In this document: positions 25,138 through 35,046 of the stretch, one piece after another
Layout: every line of letters begins with the position of its first letter
Position numbering within the stretch: the first letter of the stretch is position 1
Origin: Coprothermobacterota bacterium
GTDB lineage: Bacteria > Caldisericota > JANLFM01
Reading direction: 5' to 3'
DNA length: 64,000 bases
Assembly: GCA_026389455.1 (NCBI GenBank)
Contig: JAPLHV010000020.1
Span: 16,447-80,446, forward strand
Notes under the pieces: model-generated
What the model was told of the DNA's origin: nothing
Database searches by the model: none
What the model saw: the letters and a program-made list of their open reading frames with translations, nothing else
Made by a program: the position numbers and the translations under genes

Positions 25138-25821
25138 ATGACTTTCAGCAACTATCAAGAAATGGTTTTGGGTACATTTTTAAACGAGCTCTCCTCCCGT
25201 GCGGCGACACCCGGCGGAGGAGCGGCTGCCGGCTTGGTTGCTGCCATGGGCGCCAGCCTTGGGGCGATGGCGGCGGCGCTCAGTCAGGGAATCCGTCATT
25301 CAAGACGCGCTGTCGCAGGCTGTTCTGTGGCAGGTAAGAACACGCTGCCGCGGGCTATAATGAAGGAATTGGAGGAACGTTTTTTAGAGAGCCGCGACCG
25401 TTGTTTGTTCTTTGCCGACCAGGATTCAGCCGCCTTCCAGCATTGGATGGCAGCCACTCGGATGTCTTATGAAGATCCGGCTGCTCGGGAGGAAGCCCTC
25501 CGAGCGGCGATGGAGGGGGCTTGCCGCCCGCCGATGGCTTTGGGAGAGGAGGTTTCCGGCCTGCAAGACGCGCTGGCGACCCTGCAAGAACACGGCAACG
25601 TTCGCGTCCTCAGCGATGTCGGAGCCGCCCTTGCCCTCTTGACTGCCGCCTTAGAGATTTCAATTCTCAACCTCCGAATCAATCAACAAGGGATTACTGA
25701 TCCTTATTTTCTAGGACGACTTATTCAATCAGTCGCATCGTTCGATCGTGCCTGTGCGGTGATGCGAGAATGGGAATCACAAATAAGGGCACGATTAGAA
25801 GGAGAAGCGTGGAATGAATGA
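25138..25821 (+). CDS. Cyclodeaminase/cyclohydrolase family protein (FTCD C-terminal-like)
   Basis: N-terminal FLNELSSRAATPGGGAAAGLVAAMGASLGAMAA. It contains a single repeat element (encoding ...GKNTLPRAIM...). Confidence 0.75.
   Translation: MTFSNYQEMVLGTFLNELSSRAATPGGGAAAGLVAAMGASLGAMAAALSQGIRHSRRAVAGCSVAGKNTLPRAIMKELEERFLESRDRCLFFADQDSAAFQHWMAATRMSYEDPAAREEALRAAMEGACRPPMALGEEVSGLQDALATLQEHGNVRVLSDVGAALALLTAALEISILNLRINQQGITDPYFLGRLIQSVASFDRACAVMREWESQIRARLEGEAWNE
25309..25362. repeat. Single element (25337-25362, forward) with an imperfect inverted partner (25309-25327)
   Basis: GCTGTCGCAGGCTGTTCTG ... AGAACACGCTGCCGCGGGCTATAATG. Confidence 0.8.
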
Positions 25822-27013
25822 AGTCTGGATTTGTTCTGCCAAGCGGACTGCGATTGGCGCCTTCATGGGGAGTTTGAAAGATATTCCCGCGGTTGACCTC
25901 GGCGCCATCGTCGTCAAGGCCATCCTGGCGGAGACCGGAGTTCCGCCCGCCCAGATCAGCGAGCTGATCGCCGGCTGTGCGCTGCCTGCTGGACAGGGTA
26001 TGAACCCAGCTCGGCAAATTGCCCTGAAGGCAGGTCTGCCTGTAGAATCAACCGCCTTCACGGTCAATCGCGTCTGCGGCTCGGGTTTGCAAGCAGTTGT
26101 CAGCGGCGCCCAGGAGATTCTTCTCGGGGAGGCTGACCTGATCCTTGCAGGGGGCATCGAGAATATGAGCCGAGCTCCCTATCTCCTCCCCAAGGCCCGA
26201 GCCGGTTTCCGCCTGGGCAATGAGACAATTGTCGACGGGATGATTGGAGATGGCCTATGGGATGTTTTTACCGATGAGCACATGGGCTCGACTGCAGAGA
26301 ATTTGGCTGCCAAATACGGGATCAGTCGTCAGGAGCAGGACGAGTTTGCTCTAGCCAGTCAGCGGAAAGCAGGCCAAGCCATCCGGGAGGGACGATTCAA
26401 AGACGAGATTGTGCCTGTCTTGGCGCCCCAAGGGAAAGGTGAATCACTTTCGTTTCAAATGGACGAGTGCGTGCGTCTGGACGCGAGCCCGGAAAAGCTA
26501 GTCCGGCTGCGCCCCGCTTTTAAGAAAGATGGCACAGTGACGGCTGGGAACTCCTCTGGGATTAACGATGGCGCCGCGTTCGTCTTGTTGGTTTCTGGAA
26601 ACCGCGTAAAAGAGCTGGGGCTAAAGCCCCTGGCGATCATCCGCAGTTGGGCAGTCGCCGGCGTGGAACCTGGAGAGATGGGATTGGGACCCGTGCCGGC
26701 AACACGGAAAGCATTGACCAAAGCCAGCGTGTTGCTGGATCAGGTCGAGTTCCTGGAATTGAACGAAGCCTTTGCCGCCCAGTCTCTGGCAGTCTTGCGA
26801 GAGCTCCAAATTTCTCCCGAGCGCGTCAACCTAAACGGAGGAGCGATCGCCCTCGGCCATCCGATTGGCGCTTCAGGCGCGCGTATTCTAGTCACCCTTT
26901 TGCATGAGATGGCGCATCGCCCGTACCCGACCGGAGCTCAAGTCTGTACTGGTTTGGCCGCTCTTTGCATCGGCGGTGGCCAGGGGATTGCCCTCCTAGC
27001 GGAACGGGTGTAG
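25814..27013 (+). CDS. Acetyl-CoA C-acetyltransferase (thiolase II)
   Basis: Active-site region [11 protein letters not shown] and C-terminal motifs [19 protein letters not shown] and [11 protein letters not shown]. Confidence 0.92.
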   Translation: MNEVWICSAKRTAIGAFMGSLKDIPAVDLGAIVVKAILAETGVPPAQISELIAGCALPAGQGMNPARQIALKAGLPVESTAFTVNRVCGSGLQAVVSGAQEILLGEADLILAGGIENMSRAPYLLPKARAGFRLGNETIVDGMIGDGLWDVFTDEHMGSTAENLAAKYGISRQEQDEFALASQRKAGQAIREGRFKDEIVPVLAPQGKGESLSFQMDECVRLDASPEKLVRLRPAFKKDGTVTAGNSSGINDGAAFVLLVSGNRVKELGLKPLAIIRSWAVAGVEPGEMGLGPVPATRKALTKASVLLDQVEFLELNEAFAAQSLAVLRELQISPERVNLNGGAIALGHPIGASGARILVTLLHEMAHRPYPTGAQVCTGLAALCIGGGQGIALLAERV

Positions 27014-27101
27014 GATTAAGCCAAATGAGATAGGGGATAAACCGATCCCCTTGAGAAGTGATTCTTATCCGATACAAGCCCGCAACCTTTGGAGGTTCAT
27101 A

Positions 27102-27761
27102 ATGCAACTATTTCTAGACACCGCCAACCTCGATGAGATCCGTGAAGCCGTCAACTGGGGTGTCATCTCTGGAGTTACGACCAACCCAACCCTGATGGCA
27201 AAAGAGCAAATCTCCTATCAGGAAAGGGTGAGCGAGATTTGCCAGATTGTGCCGGGGCCCGTCTCGGTGGAGGTCTTGGCGCAAGATGCCGCCTCAATGG
27301 TTCGAGAAGCCCGCGAATTCTCCACTTGGGCGCCGAACGTGGTCGTTAAGATCCCGATGACCAAGGAGGGTTTGAAAGCCGTCAAGGACTTGACTGCCGC
27401 CGGAATTCAAACCAATGTGACCTTGGTCTTTGCTCTCAATCAAGCCTTGCTTGCCGCCCTGGCCGGGGCTTCCTACGTGAGCCCCTTCGTCGGTCGTCTC
27501 GATGATATTGGGCATGACGGAATGGCTTTGGTAGGACAGATCTCCGCTCTCTTCCAGGGTTGCAATTTCCCCACCCGGGTGATTGCTGCCTCCATTCGAC
27601 ACCCGCTCCATGTGACGCAAGCAGCCCAAGCCGGCGCCCACATCGCCACCATCCCCTTCAGCGTCTTGGAAGGAATGCTGCAGCACCCTCTAACCGATGC
27701 TGGGGTGAAGCGATTCCTGGAGGATTGGCAGAAGGTTGCACCTAGTTTGGAGAAGAAGTGA
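27102..27761 (+). CDS. Transaldolase-family enzyme / fructose-6-phosphate aldolase type
   Basis: [15 protein letters not shown]...GVTTNPTL and Schiff-base Lys region VVKIPMT. About 220 aa, typical of the short TalC/Fsa subfamily. Confidence 0.88.
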   Translation: MQLFLDTANLDEIREAVNWGVISGVTTNPTLMAKEQISYQERVSEICQIVPGPVSVEVLAQDAASMVREAREFSTWAPNVVVKIPMTKEGLKAVKDLTAAGIQTNVTLVFALNQALLAALAGASYVSPFVGRLDDIGHDGMALVGQISALFQGCNFPTRVIAASIRHPLHVTQAAQAGAHIATIPFSVLEGMLQHPLTDAGVKRFLEDWQKVAPSLEKK

Positions 27762-29270
27762 ATGCCTAAGTACACACTGGAAGAACTGAACGAAAAGAAA
27801 GCGATCGAGCTGCAACGAATGGCGAGCGAGAAGGGCATCCCGTACTACAATCGATACAAGAAAGTTGAGTTGGCTCAACTCCTTTTCGAGCGGATGGTCC
27901 AAGAGGAACCCCCACCGCCGGCGCCCCCCCCGGTGGCGCCGAAACCAATCGCCAAGCCTGTCGACAATCGAGAACCTCGTGACCGCTCGGAGTCTCGTGA
28001 AAACACAAACCGGGGAGAGACTAGAGACTATCGGGATCGCCCCGAGACTCATGAATACCGGGAAAGATCGGAACAGCGAGAGGGGCGGGACCGGCAAGAG
28101 CCGCGGGAGACGAGGGAAGCGCCGCGAGAGGAAAAGACCACTGTAAAGGAGGAGCCTGTTCGTGGCGACCTGGTGGCAGGAGTCCTCGAGATCCACGAGG
28201 AAGGTTATGGTTTCCTGCGCTCTCACTATGTCCCTTCTCCCACCGATATCTACGTCTCTCCCTCGCAGATCAAACGGTTCGGCCTGCGCGATGGCGACAT
28301 GATCGCCGGATGGGTGCGCCAGCCGATGGAAAAGGAGAAATACCTGGCCTTACTGCGCGTGAAGGAGGTCAATGGGTTGGATCCAGAGGTGTCCCGCAAC
28401 CGCCCACTCTTTGAAAGCTTGACCCCAATCTTCCCGAACAAGCGGCTTCGTCTGGAGACCACCCCTTTCGAATACTCCACGCGTCTCATTGATCTTATCT
28501 CACCATTAGGGCGCGGCCAGCGAGGGATGATCGTTTCCCCGCCGAAGGCCGGCAAGACCACCATCCTAAAGAAGACAGCCCAGGCTATCACCCGTAATTA
28601 CCCCGATATGGCAGTGATGGTCCTGCTTGTCGACGAGCGGCCCGAGGAGGTGACTGACTTCAAACGCTCCACCAGCGCAGAAGTAGTCGCCTCGACCTTC
28701 GATATGTTGCCGGAGAATCACATTCGCGTGGCTCGCTTGGTGTTGGAGAAAGCCAAGCGTTCTGTGGAGCAAGGCAAAGACGTAGTCATTCTGCTGGACG
28801 GAATCACTCGACTGACGCGAGCTTATAACGCTGTGATGCCTTCATCCGGGCGTACCCTCTCCGGGGGTTTGGATCCAGTGGCTATCCACGGCCCGAAGAG
28901 TTTCTTCGGCGCAGCCCGCAACATCGAAGAAGGGGGCAGCCTGACCATCCTTGCCACCGCCCTGGTGGAGACCGGATCCAAGATGGACGAGGTGATCTTC
29001 GAGGAGTTCAAGGGAACGGGCAATTTCGAGTTGGTCTTGGACCGCAAGATCTTTGAGCGTCGCGTCTTCCCCGCCTTGGACATCAAGCGTTCCGGCACGC
29101 GCCGCGAAGAACTTCTTTACAACGAGGACGAATTGCGCAAGATCTGGAACATCCGCAGGGCTTTATCTGCATTGGAGTCAGGGGAAGCGCTCGAAAAGTT
29201 GCTTGATCTGTTGACCAAGACCAAGTCAAACACCGAATTCCTACGTTATATCGGGAGCGACGAGATATAG
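27762..29270 (+). CDS. rho: Transcription termination factor Rho with an Arg/Glu/Pro-rich N-terminal insertion
   Basis: N-terminal [19 protein letters not shown]-binding GYGFLR, Walker A PPKAGKTT and C-terminal [25 protein letters not shown]. Confidence 0.93.
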   Translation: MPKYTLEELNEKKAIELQRMASEKGIPYYNRYKKVELAQLLFERMVQEEPPPPAPPPVAPKPIAKPVDNREPRDRSESRENTNRGETRDYRDRPETHEYRERSEQREGRDRQEPRETREAPREEKTTVKEEPVRGDLVAGVLEIHEEGYGFLRSHYVPSPTDIYVSPSQIKRFGLRDGDMIAGWVRQPMEKEKYLALLRVKEVNGLDPEVSRNRPLFESLTPIFPNKRLRLETTPFEYSTRLIDLISPLGRGQRGMIVSPPKAGKTTILKKTAQAITRNYPDMAVMVLLVDERPEEVTDFKRSTSAEVVASTFDMLPENHIRVARLVLEKAKRSVEQGKDVVILLDGITRLTRAYNAVMPSSGRTLSGGLDPVAIHGPKSFFGAARNIEEGGSLTILATALVETGSKMDEVIFEEFKGTGNFELVLDRKIFERRVFPALDIKRSGTRREELLYNEDELRKIWNIRRALSALESGEALEKLLDLLTKTKSNTEFLRYIGSDEI

Positions 29271-30464
29271 ATGGAGGTGGAATTGCTTGCCTGGACACCG
29301 CAGCCGGAGAGAACATGCGCTGCCGCGGCCAGGCTCTGCACAAGTGATAGCTCCCCCCTCCAAGCGATTTGGCAGGGATTGAGCGATGAGCGGGTAAAGA
29401 GCGCCATTGCACAGGTGTTAAAAAACGGCCACCTTTCCATCTTAGAACATGCTAGTTTTACTTTTGCGGCCGTCGGTCTTTCACGAGCATGCACTCATCA
29501 ACTGGTACGGCATCGCGTCGCTTCTTTCGCCCAGCAGAGTCAACGCCATCTCCCAGTGCGTGACAGAACAGCCTGCGGCAGCATGTCTACTTGCGGCAGC
29601 ATGTCTACTTGCGGCAGCATGTCTCGTTTCGTGACTCCACCAAGCTTGCGTGGTCACGATCAAGCCCAACGGTTGTTTCGGGAAACCTACTCTCGATCTC
29701 AAGACGTCTATCAGCAGTTACTCATTCTTGGCATTCCGTCGGAGGATGCACGTTACATACTGCCGCAAGCTTGCTCCACCCGAATTCTTTTCACCATGAA
29801 TGCCCGCGAATTGCGCCATTTCCTCCGGATGCGTTGCTGCGAGAAAGCTCAATGGGAAATCCGCGGCCTGGCCTGGCTGGTTCGTCAGCGCCTACTGCGG
29901 GTCGCCCCTGGTTTATTCGGCGATTCCGGCCCAACCTGCTTCGAGACAGATTGTCCCGAGCAGGATTACGTTTGCCGGCGCGAGAAGTCAGCTTTCTTCC
30001 AAAGTTCTTATCACTTGTTTCGTGAACGCTTGCAGAGGCTCGGCTTGATTCTAGCGGAACGTCGCTTGCCTGCAGCCGGTTTGCACCCCTTAGCGACTTC
30101 CAAGATGCTTGGATGCCGGCAGGAGGAGCTGCTTCGCCCAATCTTGATCGAGTGCGGAGAGCGATTCGCTCTGTTGCTCTCTGCGAAGCCCGAGACCGCC
30201 TTGGCGAAAGTTAACGTGCGAACAAACGAAGAGTGGCGTCTCGCCGCTGCGGCTCGATACCGCAAGCTTGGCATCTCTCCTCTAGCCTGCCCCTGGCTCT
30301 TTACAAACGGTGAGGAACAGGTTACTGCTTTCTGGGATAGCAGCTTGGACTGCCAAGGCACACTTGTTTTTAACTTGGCTTCGGCTTGGCGTTTCGCCAC
30401 CCTGCCACCTCGATGCATCGAAGAAATAGCGTCTTGCAGTGGATACACAATCGAGAAGGTGTAA
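29271..30464 (+). CDS. thyX: Flavin-dependent thymidylate synthase ThyX with an in-frame repeat insertion and a ~170-aa C-terminal extension of unknown function
   Basis: ThyX motif [13 protein letters not shown]. (CGSMST)x3 is encoded by the array at 29564-29624. 397 aa against roughly 220-250 typical. Confidence 0.8.
   Translation: MEVELLAWTPQPERTCAAAARLCTSDSSPLQAIWQGLSDERVKSAIAQVLKNGHLSILEHASFTFAAVGLSRACTHQLVRHRVASFAQQSQRHLPVRDRTACGSMSTCGSMSTCGSMSRFVTPPSLRGHDQAQRLFRETYSRSQDVYQQLLILGIPSEDARYILPQACSTRILFTMNARELRHFLRMRCCEKAQWEIRGLAWLVRQRLLRVAPGLFGDSGPTCFETDCPEQDYVCRREKSAFFQSSYHLFRERLQRLGLILAERRLPAAGLHPLATSKMLGCRQEELLRPILIECGERFALLLSAKPETALAKVNVRTNEEWRLAAAARYRKLGISPLACPWLFTNGEEQVTAFWDSSLDCQGTLVFNLASAWRFATLPPRCIEEIASCSGYTIEKV
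29564..29624 (-). repeat. Core-family array (GCAAG/GCAGG variant), 18-bp period, 3 units, inside thyX
   Basis: The plus strand reads CAGAACA-GCCTGCGGCAGCATGTCT-ACTTGCGGCAGCATGTCT-ACTTGCGGCAGCATGTCT. The reverse complement has the unit AGACATGCTGCCGCAAGT. Confidence 0.9.
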
Positions 30465-30469
30465 CTAAG

Positions 30470-31090
30470 ATGGAACGAAGGAATCAGGGTTCTTTGGAAG
30501 TGATCTGTGGCAGCATGTTCTCCGGCAAGAGCGAGGAGTTGATCCGACGTGTCAAGCGGGCTCACATCGCACGGCAAAATGTGATCGTCTTCAAGCCGGC
30601 CATGGACAGTCGTTACAGCCAGGGCAAAGTCGTCTCTCACGACGGTGAAACGACCCAAGCTCTCAACCTGCAACACCCCGAGGAGATCTACGCCCATCTC
30701 CACGGCGATACACAAGTGTTGGCCATCGACGAGGCGCAATTCTTTCCCGACTCGTTGGTTAAGGTTTGCCAGTCACTGGCCGACCGCGGCTTTCGGGTAA
30801 TCGTAGCCGGCCTGGATACGGATTTCCGCGGCTTGCCTTTCGGACCGATCCCTTCTTTGTTGGCCGTTGCCGAGAAAATAGATAAGCTTCAGGCCATCTG
30901 TGTGGTCTGCGGGGAAGTGGCCTCGCGCACCCAACGAGTGATCGACGGCCACCCAGCGTTTTTCGAGGATCCCGTGATTATGATCGGCGCAGCGGAGAAA
31001 TACGAAGCGCGTTGCCGGCATTGCCACCAGGTTCCTCGACGAGACGAAGCGAAGGGCCTGCACGCAGCCAAACTCGGGAAGGAGGACTGA
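30470..31090 (+). CDS. tdk: Thymidine kinase
   Basis: P-loop [11 protein letters not shown] and zinc-binding cysteines CVVCG...CRHCH. Confidence 0.9.
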   Translation: MERRNQGSLEVICGSMFSGKSEELIRRVKRAHIARQNVIVFKPAMDSRYSQGKVVSHDGETTQALNLQHPEEIYAHLHGDTQVLAIDEAQFFPDSLVKVCQSLADRGFRVIVAGLDTDFRGLPFGPIPSLLAVAEKIDKLQAICVVCGEVASRTQRVIDGHPAFFEDPVIMIGAAEKYEARCRHCHQVPRRDEAKGLHAAKLGKED

Positions 31091-32104
31091 TTGAGCCTGT
31101 CCTCGAGTAAAGAGAATAGCCCGCGGCAGCATGATAGCCCCCGGCAAGCAGGCAGCCCCCGGCAAGTAGACAGCCCCCGGCAGGGAGTTCTGGGGAAAGC
31201 GCCGCAGATCCTGGTGGGTGGGCAAGCCGTGTGGGAAGGGGTAATGATGCGCAGCCCTCAAGGAACAGCCATGGCTGTACGGCAACCAAGCGGAGCGATC
31301 ATTGTACAGAGCTTCTCTTTCCCGTCCTTGGCCGATGCTGCGCCGCTTTTTCGCTGGCCGATTTTGCGCGGTATCGCAGCCCTTTGGGATTCCCTCATTC
31401 TCGGCATCAAAGCGCTTAACCTCTCCCTTGCACTTGGCTCAAAGCCGGAGGAAAAATTGAGCAAAGGACAAGCCGCTTTCTCCTTGGCTTTGGCCTTGGG
31501 GTTGGTTATACTGCTCTTCTTCGTTGCTCCTTTCTTTCTTTCTCGCCTGCTATCTTTCTGGCTTCCCCCCCGCTTGTTAGCCGTAGTGGAAGGATTCCTA
31601 CGGTTAGGCATCTTCTTTGCCTACCTGTGGCTCATCTCTTTAATTCCCGAAGTGAAGCGAGTCCTTTACCAATATCACGGCGCTGAACATAAGGTTGTTC
31701 ACACTTATGAGCATGGAGAGCTTTTGACTGTGGAAAATGCTCGCAAGTTCTCACCTTTGCACCCCCGCTGCAGCACGAGTTTTCTGATGGTGGTGCTGAT
31801 CGTCAGTTTTGTCCTTTTCGTTTTTCTTGATTTCCCCAGCACCTGGTGGCGGTTTGCTTCCCGAATTCTCTTTCTCCCCTTGATCGCTGGTTTTTCTTAC
31901 GAGTTGATCCGCCTCTTCACACTTTACCCACGTTCTTTTTTCACGCGGGTCGTCGTCTATCCGGGCTTAGCCACTCAAAAGTTGACAACGGCGGAGCCTT
32001 CTTCCGCCCAACTGGAAGTGGCCATCGCTGCCCTTCAGGCATCCCTGGGCCTGACCTCGATCGAAACGAAGAGCATGACCTCGAGCGAAACGAAGGAAAA
32101 ATGA
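31091..32104 (+). CDS. DUF1385-family membrane protein (start uncertain; the annotated N-terminus is repeat-encoded)
   Basis: Conserved [14 protein letters not shown] and YHGAEHKV motifs. SPRQ-repeat N-terminus from the array at 31116-31193. Confidence 0.72.
   Translation: MSLSSSKENSPRQHDSPRQAGSPRQVDSPRQGVLGKAPQILVGGQAVWEGVMMRSPQGTAMAVRQPSGAIIVQSFSFPSLADAAPLFRWPILRGIAALWDSLILGIKALNLSLALGSKPEEKLSKGQAAFSLALALGLVILLFFVAPFFLSRLLSFWLPPRLLAVVEGFLRLGIFFAYLWLISLIPEVKRVLYQYHGAEHKVVHTYEHGELLTVENARKFSPLHPRCSTSFLMVVLIVSFVLFVFLDFPSTWWRFASRILFLPLIAGFSYELIRLFTLYPRSFFTRVVVYPGLATQKLTTAEPSSAQLEVAIAALQASLGLTSIETKSMTSSETKEK
31116..31193 (-). repeat. Core-family array, reverse orientation, 18-bp period, 4 diverged units
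   Basis: ATAGCCCGCGGCAGCATG-ATAGCCCCCGGCAAGCAG-GCAGCCCCCGGCAAGTAG-ACAGCCCCCGGCAGGGAGTTCTGG. Confidence 0.9.
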
Positions 32105-33180
32105 ATCTACTAGAGAAAAGAGTCTTCTATCAAGGGCGCAAGGAAGAATTAGAGAGACAGCTTCTCGAGCCATCCGTTCAGATTGACCAAGCTCTGTTGC
32201 AGAGTGTCTCCATTGCCTACCACGAAGTGTCTCGTCTGTTGCGAATCTTCCGAGAACTCGAAGAAAACACATCACAGCTCAAACAGGTCGAACAATTGCA
32301 CAACGAGTCGGAGGAGATCGAGCTGCGCGAGCTAGCGGAACAGGAGCTGACACAACTCCAGGCCAAGGAAGTCCAATTGCAGAAGGATCTGCGGGCTCTC
32401 CTCCTGCCCAGCGACCCTGACGATTCGCGCAATGTCATCATGGAGATCCGGGGAGCGGCAGGGGGCGAAGAAGCAGCCCTCTTTGCCGCTCAGCTCTTTC
32501 GAATGTACGCCAACTATGCAGAGAAGCGGAAGTGGAAAATCGAAGTACTCTCCTCCAATCCGACGGATCTAGGTGGTTTCAAAGAGATCATTTTGGAGAT
32601 CAAAGGGAAGGACGCTTTCTCCCGTTTGAAGTTCGAGGGCGGAGCCCACCGGGTTCAACGTGTTCCGGCTACTGAGTCATCAGGCCGGCTGCACACTTCA
32701 ACGGCCACTGTGGCGGTGCTGCCGGAAGCGGAAGAAGTGGATGTGAAAATCAACCTGGACGATCTGCGCATCGACGTCTATCGCTCCTCCGGACACGGCG
32801 GTCAATGCGTCCAGAAGACCGATTCGGCGGTACGCATCACCCATTTTCCCTCCGGCTTGGTGGTCACCTGCCAAGATGAGCGCTCTCAGTTGCAAAATAA
32901 GGAGAGGGCTATGACGATCCTCCGCTCTCGTCTCCTGGAGATCGCGCAACGAGAACAATCCAACCAGATCACTTCCTCTCGCCGTCTCCAAGTGAAGTCC
33001 GGTGATCGCTCGGAAAAAATACGCACCTACAATTTTCCCCAGAATCGGCTCACAGACCACCGAATCGGCTTGGATTTCTATAATCTGCCGGTGATCATGG
33101 AGGGAAACCTCGATGAATTACTGAACGCGTTAGAGTCTAAGTATATAGAACAGAGAATGGAGGAAGAGACATCGGCCTGA
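32101..33180 (+). CDS. prfA: Peptide chain release factor 1
   Basis: GGQ motif ([19 protein letters not shown]) and RF1-type PAT tripeptide (RVPATES). The ATG overlaps the upstream stop (ATGA). Confidence 0.92.
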   Translation: MNLLEKRVFYQGRKEELERQLLEPSVQIDQALLQSVSIAYHEVSRLLRIFRELEENTSQLKQVEQLHNESEEIELRELAEQELTQLQAKEVQLQKDLRALLLPSDPDDSRNVIMEIRGAAGGEEAALFAAQLFRMYANYAEKRKWKIEVLSSNPTDLGGFKEIILEIKGKDAFSRLKFEGGAHRVQRVPATESSGRLHTSTATVAVLPEAEEVDVKINLDDLRIDVYRSSGHGGQCVQKTDSAVRITHFPSGLVVTCQDERSQLQNKERAMTILRSRLLEIAQREQSNQITSSRRLQVKSGDRSEKIRTYNFPQNRLTDHRIGLDFYNLPVIMEGNLDELLNALESKYIEQRMEEETSA

Positions 33181-33188
33181 CGGAAATC

Positions 33189-33782
33189 TTGCTCGCCTAC
33201 CTGGTAGGCTCGATCCCTTTTGGCTTGATCGTCGGCTGGTTGCGGAACATCGATCTGCGCCACCGGGGCAGCGGAAATATCGGCGCCGTCAACGCCTACC
33301 GGGTTCTGGGCATCTTGCCGGCAATCGGCATTTTTCTCCTCGATTTCGGAAAAGGCTTCCTGCCTACTTTCCTGGCGGCGCCCCTGGTGACGCCTGAGAT
33401 CCTCGCCCTGGTCGGATTGAGCACAGTGGTCGGGCACGACTATTCGATCTTCCTCGGCTTCCGCGGTGGAAAAGGCATCGCCACGACTGCCGGGGTGGTA
33501 GCCGCGCTGGACTGGCGCATTATTGCCGCGGCCCTTGTGATCTGGCTGGTTTGCATCCTCCTCTCGCGCATCCCCTCAATCTCCTCCTTGGCCGCCTCTT
33601 TTTCCCTGATCCCCTTTTTCTTGCTCTGGCAACCAAGCAATACCATGTTGGCCATTATTCTCTTCGGTTTGGCTCTGATCGCCCACCAGTCCAATCTAGA
33701 ACGTCTTGCGCGTGGAGAGGAACGGGGGTTCAATACCGAACTGCCTGCCCCTCGAAGAAAGCTGCATGAACCGCCTCGTTGA
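33189..33782 (+). CDS. plsY: Glycerol-3-phosphate acyltransferase PlsY
   Basis: YLVGSIPFGLIVG and HRGSGNIGAVNAYR motifs in a membrane protein. The TTG start is uncertain. Confidence 0.85.
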   Translation: MLAYLVGSIPFGLIVGWLRNIDLRHRGSGNIGAVNAYRVLGILPAIGIFLLDFGKGFLPTFLAAPLVTPEILALVGLSTVVGHDYSIFLGFRGGKGIATTAGVVAALDWRIIAAALVIWLVCILLSRIPSISSLAASFSLIPFFLLWQPSNTMLAIILFGLALIAHQSNLERLARGEERGFNTELPAPRRKLHEPPR

Positions 33783-34719
33783 TCCGGAAGAGGCCGCCCG
33801 TTTGGTCAAATGCGGCCGTCTTGGCGCTTTTCCCACTGAGACCGTCTTCGGCCTTGGCGCTCATCCCTTTCACCCGGATGCCTTGCAGCGCATCTATGCG
33901 GTGAAAGGTCGCGAGATTCAGCAACCGTTGAGCCTTCACATCGGACAGTTGCCGGACCTGTTTAAATTCTCACAAGATTTGCCAGGCGCGGTCGGCTGCT
34001 TGGTGGATCGCTTTTGGCCAGGTCCTCTGGCCTTGATCGTTCCGGCTTCTCCCCTGGTTCCGGCAGAGGCTCGCTCTACTAGCGGGACAGTCTCGTTCCG
34101 TTATCCCTCTTCCCAGACTTGCCGGCTCTTCCTCCGCTATGTGGGCGCCCCGCTAGCGGCCTCCTCGGCCAACCGAAGCGGCAGTCTGAGCCCCCTGGAT
34201 GCACTAGATGTGGAGGAAGAGATCGGTGATGAGATCGATTTCCTGCTGGAGGAGGAACCGAGCATCGGTGAGCCAAGGGTTCGATTGGAGTCAACTATTG
34301 TGGACCTGACTGAGATTCCCTACCGGATCCTTCGAATCGGTGCGATAAGCCTGGAGAGACTGACCGTAGAGACCCGCCTCTCTTTCCAAGAAGCCGGTCC
34401 CACTCTCTCCCCGTTGCACTTGGTGCTGTGGAAGGGGAGCCCGCTGTCCATTGCGAAATATCTAAGGGAAAGCAGTATCGGGGAGGGTAGTGCAGTCTTA
34501 ACGAGCACGACGCTCTCCTTGCAAGAAGGGGTTATTCAGGTGAGGCTTCCGGAGGTGGGGATCGATCTTTTCCGCCTGCTTGCCTGCTTGCAGCGGGAAC
34601 AGACCCCTCGTATTTATTGTCAAGACATCTGGCCACCCACAGCGGCCATTCATAGGCGGTTGGCAATAAGAGCTGAGCAGTTCGTCGATTTGGAGAAAGG
34701 AGAGAAGACATGCATTTAG
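33766..34719 (+). CDS. L-threonylcarbamoyladenylate synthase (Sua5/YwlC/TsaC family, with Sua5 C-terminal domain)
   Basis: YrdC-domain motifs FPTETVFGLGA, KGREIQQPLSLH and SSANRSG. Confidence 0.85.
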   Translation: MNRLVDPEEAARLVKCGRLGAFPTETVFGLGAHPFHPDALQRIYAVKGREIQQPLSLHIGQLPDLFKFSQDLPGAVGCLVDRFWPGPLALIVPASPLVPAEARSTSGTVSFRYPSSQTCRLFLRYVGAPLAASSANRSGSLSPLDALDVEEEIGDEIDFLLEEEPSIGEPRVRLESTIVDLTEIPYRILRIGAISLERLTVETRLSFQEAGPTLSPLHLVLWKGSPLSIAKYLRESSIGEGSAVLTSTTLSLQEGVIQVRLPEVGIDLFRLLACLQREQTPRIYCQDIWPPTAAIHRRLAIRAEQFVDLEKGEKTCI

Positions 34720-35045
34720 TTCCTGAGAAGGAAAGCGTATTGAAAGGTTTAGATTCTTTCAAGGCGATCGCCAAACAAGATCTCCTCGTTGCCGGAACGC
34801 TCAACAATCCAGAGTTCTGGCAGCAGCATGCGGAGTCTCGGCGACTGGTCTACAAAGACCTCATCGCCCAAGTCGAACAGGAAGGCGTAGACAGCGCTTG
34901 CGCTCACGCCTTGAACGAGTACCGGAGGGCCATTCAACAGCGTGAGGAGACAGCGGAGTCCAAAGGTAAGCAAGAAGCTCTAGAGAACTTTCTCGCCCTC
35001 TGCGGGTTTGACGAACGGACCATAAAGGCCAGTCAAAGCGAATAG
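34710..35045 (+). CDS. Hypothetical protein
   Basis: 111-aa ORF in a co-directional gene string; no motif recognised. Confidence 0.4.
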   Translation: MHLVPEKESVLKGLDSFKAIAKQDLLVAGTLNNPEFWQQHAESRRLVYKDLIAQVEQEGVDSACAHALNEYRRAIQQREETAESKGKQEALENFLALCGFDERTIKASQSE

Positions 35046-35046
35046 C

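Noticed and set aside
25190-25235. Possible extra family copy at GACACCCGGCGGAGGAGCGGCTGCCGGCTTGGTTGC.
   Set aside because: It encodes the conserved ATPGGGAAAGLVAA motif of the cyclodeaminase family. The resemblance is explained by Gly/Ala/Pro codons in GC-rich DNA and lacks the full core.
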